The notes beneath the pieces are model-generated. The model did not search any database and had not been told where the DNA came from. It was given only the letters and a program-made list of their open reading frames with translations. A DNA stretch of 64,000 bases, taken from positions 88,047-152,046 of the IMG/VR virus record IMGVR_UViG_3300050821_010639; one strand, given 5' to 3'. Each line of letters begins with the position of its first letter. The stretch's first letter is position 1. Made by a program: the position numbers and the translations under genes. The stretch comes from a virus. Below, piece by piece: positions 58,438 through 64,000 of the stretch.

Positions 58438-59434
58438 CGCCCCCTGCCAGTCTCTTCAGCATTTGGTCAAGTTCGTGGACAGCCGCCCGCAGGAACGCGG
58501 AGTCGGCCTCGTACTCATCGGCGGGCATGTCCTGGATGTCACCTGCGGAGATGAAGGCGGCCGGCACCTGCCCGTCATCCGAAGGTACGTCGGCAGTATC
58601 GCCAGTGCGTACGATTTCCAGCCGGCACCTGCAGAAGGGGTGCAAGAGCGGCCCTTGCAGCTTACCGTGGTACGGACGCGGAGGGTGCGTGTAGACAATC
58701 CTGTGGCCGACGGGCAGCCCGTACTTCCGCTCCCCCGCCTGGGTGGCCACGCGGCGCTCACCGGACTGCGGCATGGCGGCCGGCCCGCCCAGGTAAGGGG
58801 CGAACGACTCGCGCAGGCCTATCGTCACCCCGTTCAGCTTCCGGCACCAGTAGCAGCACGACGCGCTCTCGGCGTGCGCCCGCCACCGCTTGCTCAGCCG
58901 CTCGCCCCGTGCCTCGCGCGCCAGGGCATCGCCGAGCGCCGCGGCCGACGCGCCGGAGCCCTCGGCCGTGTGCGCTGCCATGCGGGCCCGCAGGGCGGCC
59001 TGACGGCCCCAGGACAGCAGGGCGTCCCGCACGGCGCCCGCGCGCTCCTCGGCCGCCCTCTGGTCCGGGTGCTCGCCCGGCGGGGTCACCCCGCGGATGA
59101 ACGCCCGCCGCGGCACCGAGGCGTGCGCGTGCCGGACCAGGCCGCGCAGGCGGGCTACATCCCCGAAAATCGCGCCGGTGTCGTCCAGCAGGTGACCCAG
59201 TACCCCGTCGTCGCCGCTCAGCGCGCCCGAGGAGTACCAGGCCTGGCGGACCAGCTCCTCCGCTGCCGAGCGCGCCTCGTCCAGGGCCTGCTGGAGTACG
59301 GCGTCGGTGTCCGGCCGGCGCAGCAGCGCGTCCGCCGAGCCCGCGGGGTTGTTGCGGGTAACCAGCGCGAGGTACCCGGCCGCCTCCGCGACAGCCTGGC
59401 GGACAACGGCGGCCAGCTGGTCGGGCGCGGCCAC
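58430..59434 (-). CDS. Head morphogenesis protein (Mu gpF/SPP1 gp7-like)
   Basis: KRW...CCYWCRKLNG...PLLHPFCRCRL. Confidence 0.85.
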   Translation of the reverse strand: MAAPDQLAAVVRQAVAEAAGYLALVTRNNPAGSADALLRRPDTDAVLQQALDEARSAAEELVRQAWYSSGALSGDDGVLGHLLDDTGAIFGDVARLRGLVRHAHASVPRRAFIRGVTPPGEHPDQRAAEERAGAVRDALLSWGRQAALRARMAAHTAEGSGASAAALGDALAREARGERLSKRWRAHAESASCCYWCRKLNGVTIGLRESFAPYLGGPAAMPQSGERRVATQAGERKYGLPVGHRIVYTHPPRPYHGKLQGPLLHPFCRCRLEIVRTGDTADVPSDDGQVPAAFISAGDIQDMPADEYEADSAFLRAAVHELDQMLKRLAGGGG

Positions 59435-59435
59435 G

Positions 59436-59921
59436 CTACTCCGGGTTAAGCGTGCCGCGAAACGACGTGCGCCGGTCAACGTCCGTGGACTCGACCGTGA
59501 CCAGGTACGGGTCCCAGCCCGGGGCGTGAACCGGCTTGTAGGGCCGCGCCCAGTCGCGCGGCCCGGTGTCCCCCTCGCTGGCCAGCGCGAAGTCTTCCAT
59601 GCGCTCGTGCAGGTCCACGTCGCCTAGCCGGTCGAACAGCCACCGCGTCCACGACTGCGCGTTGTACGTCGCCGGGGGCACCGGGAAGTAGTGGTTCACG
59701 TCCATCTGCTGCGACGGGTCGTAAGTGTTCGTGCCGTGCCGCCCGACGACTAGCGTCAGGCCGCGTGACTCGCCGCTGTGGCGGCCGGGCTTGTCCCGCT
59801 GGCAGTCATCCTCAAGCCACACGTTCCAGCCGAGGTGGTCACGGTAGCGGAGCCAGCTGACAAGCTCCGCGAGGATCGCGGGGTACGGGGCAACCTGCTG
59901 CATCTGACGGTCATCGCTCAC
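59436..59921 (-). CDS. Hypothetical protein
   Basis: HYFPVPPATYN..W.RW...HE..E motif. Confidence 0.7.
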   Translation of the reverse strand: MSDDRQMQQVAPYPAILAELVSWLRYRDHLGWNVWLEDDCQRDKPGRHSGESRGLTLVVGRHGTNTYDPSQQMDVNHYFPVPPATYNAQSWTRWLFDRLGDVDLHERMEDFALASEGDTGPRDWARPYKPVHAPGWDPYLVTVESTDVDRRTSFRGTLNPE

Positions 59922-60214
59922 TGCCCGGCAATCGGAGGCTGGCCCGGCGGCCCAGGCGGCGCCGGGGGCACGGGCGGCTGCATGTGCACGTAAGCGAGGC
60001 CGGAGATGGTGTCGCCCGGCGGGACCACCAGGTTTACCCCTAGCTGCGGGTACACGGCGCCGGCCCCCGTCTTCGGCGGCGGCACCGTCGCCGGCGTCAC
60101 GGGCGCGACGGGAGGCTGCCCCGGGGCCAGGGCAGCCAGCTCCAGCGCGCGCCCGGCGGCGATCTCCTCAACGAGGTCGCGGGCAAGCGCCACCATGGCG
60201 TCGTGCGCGCTCAC
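59918..60214 (-). CDS. Pro-rich hypothetical protein
   Basis: GTGA coupling. Confidence 0.6.
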   Translation of the reverse strand: MSAHDAMVALARDLVEEIAAGRALELAALAPGQPPVAPVTPATVPPPKTGAGAVYPQLGVNLVVPPGDTISGLAYVHMQPPVPPAPPGPPGQPPIAGQ

Positions 60215-61829
60215 CCGCCCAGCCCGTTCCCCTTGCCGGCCTGCCCGACCGCGCTGCCCCCGGCGGCCGAGGTACCGGTGGCGGTGGTCTGGGAGCCGAC
60301 TGGCACCTTGATGTGCACTACCGGCTGCTGCGGGGACCCGCCCTTGCCGGCCTGGACCGGGTTCTGCTGCTGTTGCTGCGCCTGCTGGGCCGCGGCCTTC
60401 TGCTGGGCGGCCATCTGCTTCTGCTGCTTCTCGCGGTCGGCCTTGATCTTGTCGTAGTCGATGTCGAAGCCGAAGTCGCCGGCGAGACGCTGCTCCAGCT
60501 CCAGCATGAACTCGGGCGTGACGTTGGCCTGCTGCCCAGCTGTGGCGAGCTTATCGAAAGTATCCTGGATAGCCGCCTTGGCTTCCTCGGTCAGCGGGCC
60601 CCACTTGAAGCGCGGGTACATGTCACTGCCGAAGTTCCAGTCGACAAAGCGCGGGAAGATGTGGTCGTTGATGACCTGCGCCATTTCCTCCAGGATGCCC
60701 TCTAGCATGAGGAAATAGGTCACGTCGTCCTGCTTGCCGAAGTCGACCAGTGTGCTATCCCCCTGGCCGCCGCCCTGCTCATTGTCGAACCACTGAGCGA
60801 GAACGCTCTTCGACATCTGGGAATTGTGGTGGTTGATCAATCCCAGGAAGTCAAAGCGCGACGCCGACTCGTTCAGCGTCTGCACGGTCCAGTCGGCCGT
60901 GGGGAGCGCGATGTACTGCGCGAGCCCCAACTGGGCCAGCGCCTTGACGAAGTTGTTCTTGTCCTCCGCCGGCGCATTGGGGACCATCGTGCCCACGCGC
61001 AGGCCTACCGCCGCCCTTTGCGCTGCCAGGTGCGCGATGTAGTAAAGCTTTTCCTTCTTGTCATAGTGATAAAAGGCGCTCTCGAACATGGACACGCCGT
61101 AGAACGGGCGTTCGGCTTCCTCGTGCGCGTAGTACAGCGCGGTTTCCTTCGGGATCTTGACGTCGATCGTCCGTCCCTGGAAGAACGTGCGCTGCCGGAA
61201 GCCGTTGAACTCGCCCTGGCCGTCAAGCAGGAAAGTGAGGGTCTCCGAGGGGCGCCAGTCCATCTTCCGGAGCGTCCACTTGCCCTTGTTGGGCCCCGTC
61301 TTGGGCTGCCAGTAGACCATCTCCCAGGCGCTGAACCCGTTGAACAGCGCGAGCAGCATCTGCTTGACGAACCTGTCGAAGGAGTGAGTCATCCCGCCGG
61401 CCGCCCGCGGGGCGAACAGCAGGTCCTTGCAGAACTGCGCCTCCTCGACCCCGCCCTCCTGGCCGTCGGCGGGCACCACGTCAGCGTTCTTCATCGCCGA
61501 CAGCAGGGGCTTGGTCAGCAGCCGGTACAGCGCCCTGGCCTGGCCGTCGCGGCGGCGCATGGTGACCAGCTGGCGAATTGAAACTGGGTCATCGCGGAAG
61601 ATTTCCCAGCTGTCCCGGTACGGGGTCGCGAAGGGGAGGAAGTACGGGACACCAGGTTAAGCCGACCGCGAAGTTCTGGGCCTCATCCGGCGGACGGACA
61701 AGCGACTGCTCGTCCTGAAGAACGTAACCTTCCTGGCCGTAACCCTGCGTGGCTTAAGGTGACGCCCATTCCTCCGGGCGGCTGCACGCTGGCGGTGTAT
61801 GAGCCTTGTCCCGAACCTGGGGTCGTCAT
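60211..61829 (-). CDS. Portal protein (DUF935/Mu gp29-like); 5' end split by two 10-nt TTA inserts (contiguous ORF 61560-60211)
   Basis: MLLALFNGFSAWEMVY, PFYGVSMFESA, INHHNSQMSKSVLAQ, N.HIFPRFVDWNF; RBS GGAGGTG before ATG 61829. Confidence 0.9.
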
Positions 61830-61835
61830 ATGGCA

Positions 61836-62510
61836 TCACCTCCCCCTGCAGACAGGAGGCAGCGCCTCGCGGACCTGTTCACCTCCCGTCTGATCGGTTA
61901 GTGCTTCCTCGATGTGCGGAGGCAGGGTCTTCCACCAGTGCTCAGGCCGTCGCAAGTGATGCGACACGCAAAGCGTCACAAGCCAGCGAGGGTCGTTAAC
62001 TGGCCGCAGCCGGTACGGGATGACATGGTGAACGACTAGCCCAGCACCAGACGGAATGAACTCTCCGCCGTCCTGGCAGCTGTAGCCGTCGCGCTCAAGA
62101 ACAGCCCGACGGATCTCCGGCCACGTCGCCCCCCGGTAAGTCCGCTCCGAGGGCGAACTGCCACCTCGGAAGTTCGGGTGGGCATCCCCGCGCAGCCAGT
62201 AGTCCCGAATGCCCGTCAAGCCGAGGGCAGACGCCTTATGCCGCACAGCGCCCTCTGAACGGCCAGTCAGCTCAGCAACAGCCCCTAGCGGCATGTCAGG
62301 TTCCGCTAGGAGTTCTAGCTCCCACGGCTCCCAGCCACGCTGCCAGCTTCGGGCCTTACCCTTGCCGCCTTGGCAGAACACCCGGTTCACTCCGAGCTGG
62401 GAGGCTTTCGTACTAGCGCCAGCCAATGTACGGCCCGTTCGCTCCGCCACCTCAGCCAGCGACAGCGACGTGTCCCGCAACAGTGCTAGCTCAGCCTCAG
62501 TCCACCGCAA
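61836..62510 (-). CDS. HNH endonuclease with N-terminal HTH repeats
   Basis: W.EIRRAVLERDGYSCQ...LVVHHVIP...N....LVTLC.SHH; its stop overlaps the portal RBS. Confidence 0.9.
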   Translation of the reverse strand: MRWTEAELALLRDTSLSLAEVAERTGRTLAGASTKASQLGVNRVFCQGGKGKARSWQRGWEPWELELLAEPDMPLGAVAELTGRSEGAVRHKASALGLTGIRDYWLRGDAHPNFRGGSSPSERTYRGATWPEIRRAVLERDGYSCQDGGEFIPSGAGLVVHHVIPYRLRPVNDPRWLVTLCVSHHLRRPEHWWKTLPPHIEEALTDQTGGEQVREALPPVCRGR

Positions 62511-62811
62511 CAGCAGCCTCGCGCAGCCTGCGCAGCTCCGCCACGACCGCGAGCACGCGCCGGTCGCCAGACGGCGGGTTGTACTGGGTCGACTCCTCCC
62601 AGTGCCGCAGGGCCTCTTGCCAGGTCACCCCGGCCGCCTCGTGCTTGCTGCGTAGCGGGCTAGCCGCGTCGCTGGTGCACGACATCTTCATGTCGCGCGA
62701 GTCTCCGACTTCAAGCAGGGCACCGCACACCCGGCAGATCGGCTTCTCCGCGTAGCGAAACTCCAGGACAGCGAGCAGTTCGTCCGTAATCTCAACAGGT
62801 ACTTCACTCAT
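62497..62811 (-). CDS. Hypothetical protein
   Basis: CRVC motif; overlaps the HNH start. Confidence 0.6.
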   Translation of the reverse strand: MSEVPVEITDELLAVLEFRYAEKPICRVCGALLEVGDSRDMKMSCTSDAASPLRSKHEAAGVTWQEALRHWEESTQYNPPSGDRRVLAVVAELRRLREAAVAVD

Positions 62812-62836
62812 ACCTGTTGATACGTGCGAGCCCTAA

Positions 62837-63127
62837 CTACCTGCCAGCGGGCCTGCGGGCCGGGGGCTTGTCCTCAGCAGACGGCGCGTCGATCATGCCG
62901 GCCAGGTTATTCGAGTTGACGAACAGGTGCCGCCCGTCCGGCAGGAGCACCTGCACGCCGATGAGGTTGCCCATCTCGGCCGCGATGGTCACGCTGTCAC
63001 TCGGCACGGTAACCTCGCCGACGCCGCCGACCGGCTGGAGGAGGGTGACCACGACGTCGCCCTTCTGCGCGCCGGGAGCGTTGCCGGCGTCGGCCATGAA
63101 CTCGTGCCACATCCCCTTAAGGTGCAT
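62837..63127 (-). CDS. Hypothetical protein
   Basis: Late motif at -14. Confidence 0.65.
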   Translation of the reverse strand: MHLKGMWHEFMADAGNAPGAQKGDVVVTLLQPVGGVGEVTVPSDSVTIAAEMGNLIGVQVLLPDGRHLFVNSNNLAGMIDAPSAEDKPPARRPAGR

Positions 63128-63151
63128 GCACGGGCAATCGTCCGGACAGCG

Positions 63152-63181
63152 CAGGGCCCCGGCGGCGGTGCCGGGGCCCTG
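63152..63181. terminator. GC hairpin, probable terminator
   Basis: CAGGGCCCCGGC...GCCGGGGCCCTG. Confidence 0.55.
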
Positions 63182-63212
63182 CTGGTTGTTTATGAAGTTG
63201 TCGCCTGGCCGG

Positions 63213-63995
63213 CTACGGCCGGTTGGAGATGAACGTGACGTGCCCGGTGCGCGTGCCGACGATTTGCGTCGTACTGCCCTGGGCCGTCACCGGGGTGAAG
63301 AACACCGCGTAGGTGTGATTCGCCTCAAGGCCGCTGTAAACGCCCGTGTTCAGCTCGCCCGCGATGGCGTGCACCCAGCCCTGGTGGCCGTTGATGGCTC
63401 CCGGGCCGGCGATCTGGAAGTGGACCCAGGTCGTGATGGTCGTGTCAAAGACCACGTTCTCCCGGGTGGGAGCGACGAAGGTCGCCGCGCCGTGCGAGAG
63501 CACCGGCACCGGGGCAACCGGGGCCGGGCCGCCGTTGACCTTGAGCAGGAACCCGCCGGTGCCCACCGCGCCGTTGACGTCGGTGGCGACCACGGCCAGG
63601 TTGTTGTAAGTACCCGGGGCCGCGGTACCCGGCAGCAGCGGGTTGGCGGCGTCCAGGCCGCCCGGGAGGTTGGTCTCGGTGATGCTGACCGCGGCACTCA
63701 GGTTGTCCGTGGCCGAGAACAGGACCGAGCCGGGGCCGTTCTGGTTGGCACTGGTGACGGTCAGAATCTCGTCAGTCAGCACGCCCCCGCCGCCCAGGTT
63801 GACCTGCACTGCGTTCGGCACAGGGAAGGGCACCGTGACCGGCACCGTGACCACGGCCACGTCGCCGTCGGTGTCGATAGCCGTGAGGACAACGGGCCCG
63901 TTCTTGTTGGCGCTGCCGTTGGTGGGGTTACCGACAGCCGTGAGCACGGCATCGCTAACCGCGCCCACGGCAATGGTGGTCACCGAGATCGTCAC
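63213..63995 (-). CDS. Ig-like beta-rich putative virion protein (likely 5'-truncated by the window edge)
   Basis: TNLPGGL...GT..PGTY...V.ATD Ig-like motif. Confidence 0.6.
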   Translation of the reverse strand: MTISVTTIAVGAVSDAVLTAVGNPTNGSANKNGPVVLTAIDTDGDVAVVTVPVTVPFPVPNAVQVNLGGGGVLTDEILTVTSANQNGPGSVLFSATDNLSAAVSITETNLPGGLDAANPLLPGTAAPGTYNNLAVVATDVNGAVGTGGFLLKVNGGPAPVAPVPVLSHGAATFVAPTRENVVFDTTITTWVHFQIAGPGAINGHQGWVHAIAGELNTGVYSGLEANHTYAVFFTPVTAQGSTTQIVGTRTGHVTFISNRP

Positions 63996-64000
63996 GCCGT

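Larger units (their letters stand above)
1..64000 (-). mobile_element. Segment of an actinobacteriophage (siphovirus-like) or prophage/phage-plasmid genome
   Basis: Canonical order portal-protease-decoration-capsid-connector-tail tube-chaperone-tape measure-tail; actinobacterial families (Lsr2, DUF397, Rpf-like, TraB/Kor); high GC; no host housekeeping genes or boundaries seen. Confidence 0.95.

Noticed and set aside
38643-61829. Portal and tape-measure 5' frame breaks as sequencing errors or pseudogenisation
   Set aside because: All breaks share one grammar (in-frame TTA first, repeated or synonymous codon last, 10-14 nt), are not in homopolymers, and the rest of both genes is intact. Not fully excluded without reads.
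1-64000. tRNA genes (particularly tRNA-Leu UAA), integrase, terminase, att sites
   Set aside because: No cloverleaf/T-loop signature or corresponding protein motifs were recognised in this window; they may lie outside it.

Overview
High-GC actinobacterial tailed-phage DNA (siphovirus-like, probably a large temperate phage or phage-plasmid). Almost all genes are on the minus strand. 63995->19362 is the virion/lysis arm: HNH nuclease, portal, head morphogenesis, protease/scaffold, decoration, major capsid, head-tail genes, glycosyltransferase, Lsr2-like, three cell-wall/peptidase genes, membrane proteins, tail tube, frameshifted chaperone, EndoVII-like nuclease, tape measure, distal tail, a 1797-aa tail protein and an SGNH esterase. 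17913->13784 is an actinomycete plasmid-type transfer module (GntR/Kor, HTH, Spd-like, FtsK/TraB). Below ~13.8 kb are small early/accessory genes with sigmaA-type promoters overlapped by a CTTGAC-N4-GTCAAG operator, plus a sigma factor. No terminase, integrase or replication gene was recognised in the window. Main finding: the codon TTA appears to be used as a recoding signal rather than for Leu. The portal 5' end is split by two short inserts and the tape-measure 5' end by two or three. Each insert begins with an in-frame TTA and ends in a copy of the preceding codon (10-14 nt), the signature of programmed translational bypassing. Both genes lie directly behind a homing-type endonuclease. In five other places an in-frame TTA sits where a stop codon is expected. 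All product calls come from motif recognition by eye; no searches were run.
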